The position numbers and the translations under genes are program-made. From NCBI GenBank assembly GCA_000934665.2, contig KZ538102.1, positions 1 through 64,000 of the forward strand: DNA of 64,000 nt, in the 5' to 3' direction. This DNA comes from Catajapyx aquilonaris (lineage: Eukaryota). Shown here piece by piece: positions 49,756 through 63,138 of this stretch; positions within the stretch are counted from its first letter, which is position 1, and the number at the start of each line of letters is the position of its first letter. The notes beneath the pieces are model-generated. The model was given only the letters and a program-made list of their open reading frames with translations. It did no database searches and had not been told where the DNA came from.

Positions 49756-51973
49756 ATTGCAATGATGTACTGTGAGGCTAGGTACCATAATGGTAGGAAG
49801 TTTTTGTACTTCCTTTACATGTCTGATCTAGGAAGGGATCAAAGCACACTTCAAAATACCAGTGAGTGTTCAACTTGATAAATACATTTAGGTAGACCTA
49901 ATCGAGATATTAACCCGATCAGGTGCAGAGAATTTTGTGGTAGAGCAAAAGTTACCTCTTGTGTACCTACCCACAACTGAAATAACGCCTCACGCAGACG
50001 ACTTTTCATCCAAGGTCACTGAGACAGTAATTGGTAACACATTGCAAGAGGTAAAATACGAGTAATATTGATAATGTATGTAAGTTGCAATGATACTTCC
50101 TGGAATAATTTTTGTGTTTTTAAATACGTAGTTTTAAATAAATATTATTTCAGTGTATTCTGCCCCCTTATTTTGTATCTCCTTTACGTATACAATAGGC
50201 ATGCTCCTGCAATGAAACAGCTCGTAAGAACAACATAACAGTCAAGTTTTAACAGCCACTTTCGCCTCTTTTTTTATTTTCAACAAAAATAACAATATTC
50301 TTGAATACAATACATCAACTTAGTTCCTAGAGCGTTTGCGGTTTTTTCTTCCATTTTTTTTTTTTTCAAGTCCACTTCTTCCCTACTAGGGGTGACAAAA
50401 AGAAATTCTCACATGCTCACTTCACCAAGCTGTCCTGTACATAATGACCTGTTGTGAGGCCAATGGGTCTGTGAAGCACTTTTTTGGGGGGAGAAGGGTT
50501 GGGGGGAGAGTAGGCCAAAAAAAAAAGAAGGAAATAAGGGGGGAATTCAAGGGGGTCAACATGGGACAGTTTTCATCTTATTTTTTTAAAATTCACAGTC
50601 TGTGCACCTGCACATTGTACACACACAAAATTATTTACACTCGCTCACGCACACGCACGCCCCTTCCTTTCGCACTCAGTATCACTCACTCAATTTTTTT
50701 TATCCGATTCATTTTTTTTCCCCAACACATCGCTTCGCGCCAAGTGGATTACCTAAAGCCTAGGCTAAGTCTCTCCCTATGAACCTGATGAACACTGAAC
50801 TTTGCTTTTCAATGTTTAATTTTTTCAAGAAGGGTTTCCTCCCCCCCCCCACTTGCAAATAAGAGTGGTAGTTAGGTGTCGGGAGAACAGTGGAAACGCG
50901 GTAGTCCTAGGTGGGGGGTTTACGGGGGATGGGGGGGGGAAGTGGTTATACCCTACATCGCACGACTACCTGAACAGTACAATGTAGTTGTACAAGAGTA
51001 CCTGAGTATTAAGACCCACACTTTGTCACAAAGGGGAGGGAAATATTTTTTTCTCACATTAATATGCAAATGTTTTTGCTTTTTTTCGCTTTTTTCCTTT
51101 ACGAGGGACCCATTCCTATCCTATTGTGGAACCCAACTTCAGATAGGAGTTTACACCAAAAAATAACAAAAGGAAATTAAAGATTGGGAAAAGGATGTTA
51201 ATAGCTTTCCTCTTTCTGATTATCCAGATAAACATTTTTTTTTTTGTCGTGAATAAGTTACGTGACAGGTAAGAAAAAAAAAACAGGTAGTTGAGAAGAG
51301 GTAATTTCCAAATACAACTCTCCAGCAATTGCCCTTGCCTCAGATTCCAAATGAAAATGCACCCAAACAGAAACAAAATAGGGACACAGCAACTGCCGTT
51401 GCTTTCCCAGCACCACCAGCGATTAAAAAGAAAACAAATTCCACACGTTTGAACCCACTCATCCCAGACGCACACGCACTATGGAGCGTAGTCTTTTTGC
51501 CCATAGCCCCCACCCGTAGTTATGATTGGGAAACGCCACACATGCAATCAAGTAGGCTAATGGATAGGTGAAATGGGATGGGATTTCGGGGGGCGGGGCG
51601 GCAGTAACTTTATAAAAGAAACGCACTGTCATACCCACACTTACGCATCAACGAAACAAACTGCGGCAGTAATTGCTCTTTTTTTAGTCAAGCAACGTCC
51701 TATCATTGTGATACTTTTTGTCGTTTTTCAGTGGGGGAGGGGGTTAAGGTGAAAAAATGCATTGGCGAGCTGGAATGCAACAGTCACACTATGTGTAATG
51801 CATGAAAAATGGTGCCAGCATCTCGCTCGAGGGGGGCCAGGGTTCTTTTCTCAAGTGATGCAAATGCCAATATTTAAGGAGCATGCAGGTTGTGGGAACC
51901 TGCCCATATCTGCCCAGATGCATAGGTCCCTGACTTCCCTTTCCCCCCCAGAACGGACACCAAGCAAGTGCGC

Positions 51974-54900
51974 TCAGTCCTCGTCCGAAAGGGGCTCATA
52001 CTGGGAGGACATAAGCGGCGCTGGCTCTGCACTACGTGAAACACCTCCCTGCCCTGACTGCGGCCCTGCAGGTGAACCGCCCCCAGGGCCACTTCCTGGT
52101 GCCTGTATGGTGCGCACGGAGAGCGCAGAGTATGGGTATGCATATGCTGCCGAGCTCGGTGGGTATGCACCTCCAGGAGAGGCTCTGGCGTGGTATGCCC
52201 CTGGTGGTGGAGGCGGTGGTGGTGGGTACTGCCCTGGGCCAGCTGGTGGGCCACCTGGGGACAATGCTGGCTTTGCCTCGCCATTTTCGCGTGGTGGTGG
52301 GCCAGCAGATGCAGCTCGCTCGGCTGCCTTCTCGCCCTCGTCGATGACCATCTCCCCAGACTGCGGGCTGTCAGCTCCTGGATCTGCCCCAGGTCCAACT
52401 GCCTCTCCATTGGCATCATCCTTCCGCTCCTCTGTGGATGAGACCTGCAGAGACAATCTCTTAGGTCTACTGGCGCCCTAGATAGCTGCCACTCTCCCAA
52501 CAAGTACTCGCCTGGGGGGGGACATCACCATGGTGCCGCGGCGCAGTATCCATCAGCCGAGGGCGCTTGTGGTGCAGGTGGGGGTGATGAGGTGTCTCCC
52601 GCCCATTTACCCCTGCCCTTGGAGCATCTGGTGACCCTTTACGCTCAGCTGATGGAGGACGGTGCTCTCCCGCTGCCCCGTCTGATGTCCGCATTGCCTC
52701 CACAATTCGGCTGGTGAAGTACTCCAGAGGTGACATCTGGTGCTTGGCAGCTTCCTGCTGGGGGGGAGGTGGGGGTGGGGGCTGATGTTGAGGCTGGTGC
52801 GGGTAGCGGGGCGGCAGGAACCAGTGAGGCTCCCCCGGCTGACCCCCTGGAGGCGACACAGGCTCTGTTGCATAGCCTGGTGGAGTGCGTGCAGATGGTG
52901 AAGGAGCCTGTGCCACCCGGATTATTTTCCGTTCATCACTAGCCATCCGATCTGGCGGACTTTTCCGCATCTGCGCAGCAGCTGCTGCCTCTCGTTCCTG
53001 CTGCAAAGCCTTCTTCAGCTTCCAGTTGTAAGGGAAGCTTTCCTGTGGCACCGCATTGCCATCATGTGCATATTGTGGTACCCGGTAGTTTGCCCCATCA
53101 CTACTGCCCCCAAGGTCTTTGCTGATTATGGAGTTGATGTGTTCACCCAATGTGGTGGGGGTAGGGGGGCGATGCTGTGACCTGCCGGTGGGCGGATCAG
53201 GACCATCGTCAATAGTCACCACTTCCCCCACCTGGCTGGAACCTCCACTAGGACCACTCTTGCTCACAGGGATGCTGCGGTGAGGCGCCATGTGAGGAGA
53301 GACCTTGCCATCCAGAGGGGCATCCCTGTCCCCAGGGCCAGGGGCACCCCCAGATGCAGCAGCACGGTGGAAGGTGCTGAACAGGCGCTCCGACACCGCA
53401 TTTCTCGACGCTGAGCCAGACGGGGTGGGATTATTGTCTGTACTCTGTGGGAGAGAAAGTTACCTATGTAATCAAAGCTAACAAGTATACCCAACCAAGA
53501 CCAAGTATACCAAGACTTAATAAAGCAAAAACATTTTTGTGAACACTGCATCTTTTTAATTACTACAACTAAGGACAGGTTGCACCGTCACAGGTATCAG
53601 TTAGCTTGAAACCCAGGGGTTACTGGTGAAACCTGCGAAGGTGCAACCTGGTGTAGGAGTCACTTGGGGTTGGTTGTGTCAAACTGAGGAAAAAATCTCT
53701 TACTGTGTGAATGCCTTATACATAATCAATATTTTCCTTAATTTGCATTCATACAACCAACCCTGAGAAGCATTTTGACAGTTGGCTTCCAACCTGATTG
53801 ATCTGGTGGGTGATGATGGCATCTATGAGGCTGGCTGCAGTGAGAGTCGAGTCCTGCCCACTTCTAGGGGAAGGAGACGGCCTAGGTGGTTCATCCCTAT
53901 GGAAGCCAGACATGAGCATGCGGGTTGCCTCCAGCTCTACCCTGGACGACACTCCCATCATCCTCGCCCTCTCTCGCTCCCTCTGCTGCTCTCCTTCCCT
54001 CTCCCTTTGCTCCCTTTCCCTCTCCCGCTGTTCTCTCTCCCTACTTGCAGCAGCGGCGGCTGCAGCTGCTGCATACTCCTGGTGTCGTCTCATCTCCCCG
54101 CTTGGCTTTGGAGCAGGAGGGGTGAACCTCGCCCTCTCCACATCCCCTTTGCTGTACCCATCCATCATGCGCGGTGCTGGCATCCGCTTCTCGTCTTTCG
54201 ATTGTGCAGGCACCGGCAGACTAGGTTGTGCCACTGCCACATCCACCAGAGACGAGAATGCATCATGGTGTGGGTACCTCGACATTGAGCTGGGAGGTGG
54301 CGGTGATGCAGGCTTGGGAGCAGATGGCCGTGCCATTGCTGTTGCTGTCCGATGTATCACCCCCTGCCTTGCCGGCTGTGGAGGTGGCGGGGGTGGGGGT
54401 GGTGGGGTTGATGCCAACTGTGATGGTAAGAAAGCTTCTGGGGGAGGTGCATCACGGGGACCGGCTGGAGACGCATGCCTTGGGAGGGCATGGGGCAGGT
54501 ACAATGGCTGGCCAGGGAATGCAGCGGTTGGGTAGTAGTGTGGGTGGGGATGGTGTGGGGGAGGGGGTGGAGGAGGTGGATGCAACTGCTGCACATCATG
54601 TCCCCTTGGAGACAGTCTGGGCGGTGGTGCATCCTTGTCTTGCCTGCGACCATGCATCTCTCGGGAGGTGATGAAGTCATTCAGGATAATCTGATGTCGC
54701 GAGCTCAGTTGGTTCTCCGAGTAGGACGGGCGTGTTGGGAAAGCAAAGGTTGTTGGGGTTGATGGCTGAGATGGTGGGAGTGGTGGAGGGGGGTAAGCGT
54801 AATGGTGAGATGATGGAGAGAGCCGCTTGTAGTACTCCATAGAGGCGCGGTCATACAGCAATGGGATGCCTGGCTGGCGTGGGTCATACACCGACACAGG

Positions 54901-57900
54901 GGGCTCCTTTGATGGAGCACGCTTTACATCGTGGTGCACTGGTGTGCCCTGTGTTATGGACCCCCCAACACCACCCACTCCAACACCAACTCCAGCAACA
55001 ACAGACACTTCGTCTCGACGACTCAGTGGATGTATGAGTCCTTCGTAACGTGATGCTGCAAGAGGCGTCCCATGCGTTATTGAGCCCGGTGCTGCTTTGT
55101 CCTTGACAGGTAGCTTTGGTGACAGTGCTGCTGGTTTCTGCAATGGCGGTGGAGTCGGTGCAGCTGGACGCAGCTTAGCTGCAGGAGAAGACATTGATGG
55201 CGAATGTGACGGTGGCACTGCTGACACTGACACCGATGATAGCTGCAGTGGAAGCGGGATGGTACGCGTTGGCATTTGTGGAGGTGGTGCATGCGGATGC
55301 TGCATTGGTGGGTCACGCTTGAGGAGCAGGTGTGTCTGTGGGTGATACCCAACAGACTGTGGTGCCGATGGAGACTTTGCACTGGACGGGTAGTACGGCT
55401 CCCGGTTGTAGATCTCCATGACCAGCTCCGGATGCCTCAGTGTTGGCTTGGAATGTGCAGGTGGTGGTGGTGGTGCACCGCCCCCACCCCCAATGGAGTC
55501 TGGAGAGCGCTGAACCAGATATTCCCTGCCTCCAGCTGGTGACACCCTCTCCCGGTCCCTGTCAGGATCCCGCTTCTTGATGCTCAGGTCCAGTGTTTCA
55601 CACTCCGTGTCCCGCATTGCCTTCTGCACCTGCATCATCCCAAGGCCCTCCCTAGGAAGTGATGGGAAGCGGCTGTCCAAGGTCACAGGTGGGCCAGCAC
55701 TGGTGACCACTGCATGCGGATGGTGATGGGTAAGTGCGTGAGTGGTGTGTGGATGGTGGGACTGCATCTGCAGCGGGATAGGCATTGGTATTGGAAGGTG
55801 ATGGTGGGGAGGGGGTGGTGGAGGCGGGGGTGGAGGGGGATGATGCGGGTGATGCGTCTCCCTCTTTGGCTCCAGGCTCATCCGGTGCATGGGATAGTCC
55901 CTCTTCCCACTGTCTGGCAGCTTTAGGATGGACGTGATTGTAGGTGACCCTGATGGTGGTGGATGGCCAGCAGACTGGTTCACTGACACACCACCAGGTG
56001 GGGCAGTGTTCCGGCTGAGCTGACGTTCAATCACATTCTGGAGGACATCTTTTACCGTGATGTGCTCTGTGGGACTGGGCGCTCTCTGTTCTGCTTGCGA
56101 TGGAGTTGGCGTAGAAGGTGTGGCCCCACGTGGGCTAGGGGAGGCGCTCATGGTGCTGCTGCTTACCGCAGAGAAGGAGCGGGGTGGAGGGACTGGCTGG
56201 GGTCCAACACTGCCTCCTCTTGACCCACCCAAGAGATCACCACGGGCATCACGCACCTGGAGGTACTGCTTTGAGGAACCCCCAGAAACCATACCACTGC
56301 TGCTGGTAGGGGCACCCATTGAGAGGGTTTCCCCAGTTTCAGTGCTGCCACCACCTTCGTCTGCACTCATCTGCAAGCACCATACAAGAAAATTGTTAAG
56401 TCATCAGCATCACCCAAAAATGATAATAATGATGTTAAGTCAAATTAAGGCAGGTTTTAGTATTGATAGTAGCGCTGAATATTAAAAATCACTGCACTGG
56501 CTACTTAGTTTGGGCCAGTTGTATCAAAGCAAATTATAGTGGCCTGTGCACAGGTGTTCACAGTAAAAAATGACAAAATCTGTACTTTCCTTCCTTCAAT
56601 TGTGCTGAAACAACTGGCCCTTAATGATGAATAAGGTGACACTTATAAAGAGGCAATGGAAATTATAAAGAGCAATGCAAAATGTCATTGGTACTAACGG
56701 TGGCAGAACTGTCATCATCTTCTCTGTGTTGAGCAGCAGGGCCATGAGCAATTTTAGCCTCTGCCTCATTGTCCTTGACCTGGGGTGGTGGTTCTGGAGG
56801 GTCTGGTGCTGCTTCCTTCTCATTCTCACTCTTCTGCACTGGTGGCACAACCACACCAGCCACACCACCATCGGGCTTATCACCAGGATCTGCCACATCC
56901 AGCGGTGCAGGTGAGGCAGCACTAGCCGTGTCACTTGTGTCCGGGAGCATTCCTACCTCGTCACAACTGGAAGTGCTGGAACCAGACTCCTCCTCATCAG
57001 TTACAGTAGGTGGAATTTCCGAAGACTTCCTGCCCTCCCCTCCTGCTAGGCGTCCCCTCTTGTACTCGTGCACCAATTGGTCCAGGCTGAGCTTCTTCCG
57101 GTAGTTAAAATAGAAGCTCTTGCATTGGGCCTCGGTCTTCCCACCTCCAACACGTTCACACATCCTCCTCCAGTTGGTCCCGTGCTCACGAAGAGAAGCC
57201 TTGGCTGACTCCATCTCCTCCTCGGTCCACCGGGACTGGTCACTGGTGGAGCCCTCCTCAGATGATGTGTTGTCGTTGGCACTGCTCTGGCCCAGACGCC
57301 GGGCTAGCCGATTGAAGCATGCTGAGCAGCATTTGCTTACATTCGGCGGGAGTTCTAGTGACATGAAATTAACAACATATTAAAGACAATGCCATTATCT
57401 GCCAGCATGGAGAGCCTGCATCATAATTCATTAACTTTCAACTTGCAGTTACGAAAGTGATGACAATGATGTTTTTGTTTAGCTCGAATGAATTTGTTGC
57501 TTCCAATGAACACTAACACTTTGCATTAGTATTGTTCACAGGACCCACGAGATGGTGGTCACTTGGTTCAAGGTCAAGACTACAGCAGAGAGAGGAAGAT
57601 GTCAGTTTCAAGAATTCCCAGCAATAGCTTGTCATTGCATTGCAAAACTTGTGTCATGATGGGGCAGGTGATCAATATCACTGGACAGTGCCTTGAATAC
57701 TATCTAAATGTGGTGCTTCATTCCTGTGTTCAAGGTTGGTATTGTCATGTAAATTAGTTGGCCAAAAGTAACAATTTTTACTTATTGATATCTTCTCACG
57801 CACCAAAATCCAACACACGCTTTGCAAAATCATTGATTAACCTTGTCTTCATAAACAATTTGTCAGTTTGTCTTAATCACCAAATTTTTGCATAATGACG

Positions 57901-58735
57901 TCAACATCAGAGAGCGAGGAATTGGTGAGGCAGCCATTTTGAAGAAAACATGCTGCCAATGTCACCCCTGTGCAAAGCTCCTTCTCACTTGACTGACTCT
58001 CTTCCCCTCCTGCAGTGTTACATAACAGGTAATGGCATATGTCATTTCCCAAAAGGAATTTCCAAAGGATGCTTATATGCATCTATTCTGGCCCTCTATT
58101 TGCAAGAAACAGTTCCAAAAGTTTACAGCACTATTGCAAAGACGTGCAAGGGTAAAATCCCATTTAAAATAACAGCCCTGTGGCTCTGGTGCACTGTTCA
58201 TTTTTGCCAACAGAAATAGTATGCAATCCAAGCGATACTCACGTAGCTCGACAATGATTGGTTCCTTGGCTTCAGCGGAGAGCTCATTCCACTTAGATGG
58301 CAACGGCCTGAGCCTCTTCACACGACCCCTAGTGGTCGGACAGGTTGGGATCGGACACCTGGAGAGCCAGTAGTAGAGAAGAAGGAAAAAGACACTGGTA
58401 AAGCACACTTCCACCACCAAGCATCCCAAGCTTCAATTAAACTCATGAAACTTCAAATACAATCTCAAAGAGCAAAATGTCACACAAAACCAGTGTCTAA
58501 ATTAGAAGTTTCACAGAAATCAGCTTGCAAGCGTATGAGAATTCCAAATGTCCTTACTGTATGTAACGCCTTCGTACAGATTTACATCGGCAGGAAGCGC
58601 AAACCCTGGACCCAGCTGACACATCCTCTTCCCTGAGTCCATATTGAGATGCGTGAGACTTCGGCAGTGGTCGTGATTGGAGGAATGTTTCCAGCTGGGT
58701 CTTGCACACCACACATGCATGGGGCACTCCCTTTT
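51974..58735 (-). CDS. Smr: Nuclear receptor corepressor (NCoR/SMRT, SMRTER-like), 3' part: exons 58735-58558, 58358-58243, 57354-56699, 56370-53794, 53444-52512, 52444-51974
   Basis: SANT domain (SRWTEEEM...QCKSFYFNYRKK), DSSATMSADE, GSITHGTP/GSITQGTP, ILNDFITS, CoRNR-like LIDAIITHQI and LGEHINSII, C-terminal YEPLSDED; splice phases consistent. Confidence 0.93.
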
Positions 58736-61700
58736 CTGTAAAAACACAAAAGGTTCCAATAATTAGTAATCACTGCAAATGCGTAAATAGAGAGAAACCT
58801 TGCTGAATGACAGCACTAACCACACATAATTAAAACAACTTAATATTACAAGGAGCTGCTGCCTAGACATATCACTGCTGGCTACGCTTCACTTGGAAAG
58901 CTGATAGCCGTGAAGCAAAAGTGGGTCATTCCGCAGTATCTGAACTGTACAGATGAGGCAAGCAGGGTGCAGTTAGGGTGTCCTTGCTTTGCTGTCAAGT
59001 GATAGGTTTGCACTGATATATCCTATTTTTTTTAACACCCACAGTGAAATTATCAGAAAATGCAAGAGCAATGACCTGCACAAACAAAACATCCTATGCA
59101 CTTCTGTGTGCGTGGGTGTTGGCATTGGCCACACTGCCCGGGCACACTGTAATTAGCAGCCTTGACAGCACAAAGGAAACTTTCCCCATCCTCTCAATGC
59201 TCACTCTGCATATGCTCATTTACTCAACAAGGCACGCTCCAAATGGAACGACTATATCTGGTTTCCTAAATCTGCACAAGTTTTCCAATATTGTACATCT
59301 TACATTATAAACATTACTTTTAATGTTGCCTTATACCATGCATCTTAGGGTAACTAAATTATTCTCTCCTTCACCTCGGTATGCAAAATCCATACTTTAC
59401 TAGTTGTTATACAGCACATTCATTACGTATAGTAGTACAGTATAAAATAATCATTTACTAATATGAAATCTTAAAATATTGGCAAGTTCCTAAACTGATA
59501 TGAAGAAAAATGACATCCATCCTAAATGCTTTTCAGCTATAATAACTATTAAGTTGGCACAACCAGCACCAGACATCCCAAGTCATTCGCTCCTTGCTAG
59601 ACCACGCCATTAATAACGGCATAAAAAAGTTTGGCTATTAATGCGCAAAATCTCATTAAGTCATCCCCAATAGCTTCCATCTCTATGGTGGCAAAACCAC
59701 AACAAACCAAAGGCTCATTACTCTTCCTTCACCTTCGGAGCAAAACTCCTTATTAATTTTGGGCAGGGCCTCCCTTGGGAGGGCTGGCTAAGCTCTTTCT
59801 TTCTCCAACACTACTCTTATTGGTCACAAACTCGCCACATGATAGCCTCCTATCAGGCACCAGTGACTATTCAAACTCTCCATTCTGATGATTGAATTTT
59901 GCATTATTAATTAGCAGCTGTGCTTGTCACAGATACTTGCCATCATGCGAACCTACGGATGACCATAAATCGACTGGCTTCCCTGAAAACGCACAGGCTG
60001 GACTGCAAAGTGGTCTCTTATGTATTGCAGGGTATGTGATCAAAAAAAGAGTGCTTGTCCAAATGTTACGATATTAACCTGCCTCAACCATTATTTTCAT
60101 TGGGATGTGTATATGGTGACATCCAATGGGCTGAAAATCACAAAATTACCATTGATTTTCACACGTTGCAAAGATTATTAGAACTACCTTGATTTAACAA
60201 GTGTGTGCCCAAGAAGCTCCTATTACAGCTTGAACAGATGAAACAAGTTCCCTTAGCTTTGGACTAACTGGGCTGCAAGTGTAATTGCCTGTGCACACAG
60301 GCAAAAGCCATGAAATGTACAGTGTATGTCCACACCTGGAAGAGATGCCCTGCGGAGAACAGCCCAGATCCACCTGCTCTCTCCCCTCACACACACATAT
60401 GATCGCATGAAAGATTTACCAGAGACGCCTCTGGATCCATATTAACCAAGCACCTAAACAAGCAGAACCCCCTAGAACAGTGGCCATGCCGAAGCAGCGC
60501 TATTTGCCAGGGTGCTTCTGTTGACTCTATCATTTGCCAAATTACTTCGCCTCCCCCCAGTCCCCCCTACTACCTCCCCACCGAACCAGCTCCCAGCCCT
60601 CCTTTCTGCCAGCAGCCCTTGTTTGCTCAACTGCACTACCTCCGCTTTATTAGCTAGTTTCCTGAACAGCGCAGAGCAGAAGAGCCATGCCTCCCAATCA
60701 GTCGGCCCACTTTTTAAAACATGCAATGCTATTTGCAAAAGAGTGGAAGGAGAAGAAGTTAAATTCTGGATTCCGGCCTACCCACTCCCTTCATTTTCCT
60801 GATTATTGTTGGACGACAAGCCCTTGGGACAAGAAGGCTGCTCTAGGTACACACTGCACTCCGCCCCCCCTTCCCTCCTCCTAGCCGCAGTCTACGTGAC
60901 CCATTGAGTCCTCCAGGTTCCCTGTACTTCAGCAAGCAAGAATACACACGGAAAAAAAAGGGAGAAGACTGCACGAAACCTAACCATGAATAAATCATAC
61001 TCATTTGGCAAGTGGAACTTGTCCGATAAAATGGATCTCCACAAAGATAATGACAAGAGTGAGTGGGAAAGGAAGGCTCCCTTATCAGATGGTTTCCCCT
61101 AGCAAATAACACACTTGCCTTTTGATTACTTCTAACATAATTGGTGCAATCGAGCGCCCCAATAATTATACATGCGACCATTTCCGACTTTGCCCACTAC
61201 CGCAAAATCTCTGCTGCTAATTAATTAAGTGACTCACTTGAGAACATCCCTACATTGTACGAACCAAAACTGACCAAGTGACTTGCATAATTAGTGACCT
61301 CCAGCAAACACTGCTGAAGAAAACGGAGTATGAATTTTGGTTTAATTAAAAAGGTTTTTTCGGTGGGGTAGCTTGTATTGGAAAATGAAGGCTGGCAGCG
61401 GGGCATAAAATTTGGGCTGATGAACCAAGTCGTCCTCCTGGCCAAGCCTCTCGGGATCTGCCGCCGCTGCAGCCTCCCCCTCTACCCACCCCCCCTGGCC
61501 CGCCTGCCAGCAGCTTTGCTGAATCGCATGCCGAGCTCGTCCGCCCGTGCAGGGTACACAGATCAGCACCATCATATCAGCCGCTAATCGAAAGCCAACC
61601 CCTCAGCTATTTGCCTTCCTCTACCTGCCCCCCCACTGCAGCTGCTCTCCCAGTCCCACCATCCAACTACACTACATCGCCGCCTCCGCACTTCCCAGAA

Positions 61701-62619
61701 TACCAAGGATTCAAACCCCAAAAATGACACGCCGAAATATCTACATTATAAAAATACGCCGGTCGGTTCAATCGACTGACTTGATCGAATTTTCCCTTGC
61801 CCGAAAATCAGGAGCGGCGGGCCCCTCTCTCGCCGCCCGCCCGGTCCTCCACCCCCCCATCATATCATTTCTGGCTTTTTCCCAAAATTATGCATCTCAT
61901 CAGGGGGAAGAGCGGAGAAGGACGGTGTCCCCACGGGCCCTGCGCACACAGACAAGCCTTTCACCACAATTGCAGGCCCCGGCGCTGGGTAAACACGTCC
62001 AAATACGCCACGCTGATTGCAATTCATACTTGATGGCCTCCCCCCTCTCAGCAATGCGGTGTAATTGGCTAGAAGATTTCCTCCTCTTCCCCCCCACGCC
62101 CACAAACATGGCCGACCCCGCCTATATACCTCTCATCAAACATCAAACCACTGCATTGCATGTCACACACGGTCTATATGCTATGTACTACGTGGTTCCT
62201 ATATTTTGCAGGGTAAGAAAATCCCTGGCTCCCAGCACCTCCAAGACAACGTGGATGTAGCCGGGGTAGAAGAATCCATTCCGAATTGTAAATAAAGAGA
62301 GTGGTTTGCCTAGAACAGCTCCTTTCTTCTACCTGTCAAGTACTCTTCGGAGACCCGAGTCCCTCAACAGTGCCGGCCTTTTGGCCTTAGCATATTATCA
62401 ATATCAATGTCGTTGTTGATGTTGTCTAAAGAGCTGACTCCTTAATTGTTACAATCTTCGGCATCGACATTGTGGTACATCTTTCTTGTGGCAAGCCTGT
62501 GTGCTAGCGATATGTATGTTGTTCTTGTTCCCCCCAATTTCCTCCCCCGCCATGGTCCCCCCCCCCCACTCCACCCTTAGCTCCCCCTGTTCCTCCGAGG
62601 TCCCGTCCCATCCGCGGCT

Positions 62620-62767
62620 GTGACGTCACACTACCGGCTTCCCTAGGGACTTCCGGTTGCGCCAATGGCCTGCTGCCTAGCCTTACTAGTCCCCCCATCC
62701 CTTCCCATCTCCCCACCCCCTCCCCCGATCCTTCCTCCCGCTTCCCCACCTCCCTCCGATTATAAAA
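62620..62767 (+). promoter_or_regulatory. Candidate promoter of the BTB gene
   Basis: CRE tgacgtca (~62621), ETS-like acttccgg (~62649), TATA tataaaa (62761), ~375 bp upstream of the ATG. Confidence 0.5.
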
Positions 62768-63138
62768 CATAGGGTGCAAGGCAGAATTTATGATGGTCTG
62801 CTTCCCAAATCGGGCAGGTGAAGCACGGTGATTTCCCGGTGGCCGTCACCCGCAGATACGGTACCGTCAATTAGTCCCTCCCCACGTGCGGCCGTCGGGG
62901 GGCGTGGGAGTTGGGGGAAGGGTGGGGAGTGTCGAAAAGCCCCGCGAAACACGCATAGAACCCGTGTCCAGGCGACGATGGCCCACCAAGTGTGATTGGT
63001 GGACTTTTTTCTTCGACCACATATGTGAAGTGCGTGACCACCACCAGTAGTCCTCCTCACTCAGCTCGCTACCTGCCTGCCTGCCCCCTTTATTCGCCCA
63101 TCTGTCTGGCTGGCCCCGAGGTCACTTCCCGGCCAGCC

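Noticed and set aside
51762..57383. Long plus-strand ORFs (e.g. 51762-52481, 53798-54535)
   Set aside because: Antisense shadows of GC-rich NCoR exons with no recognisable domains
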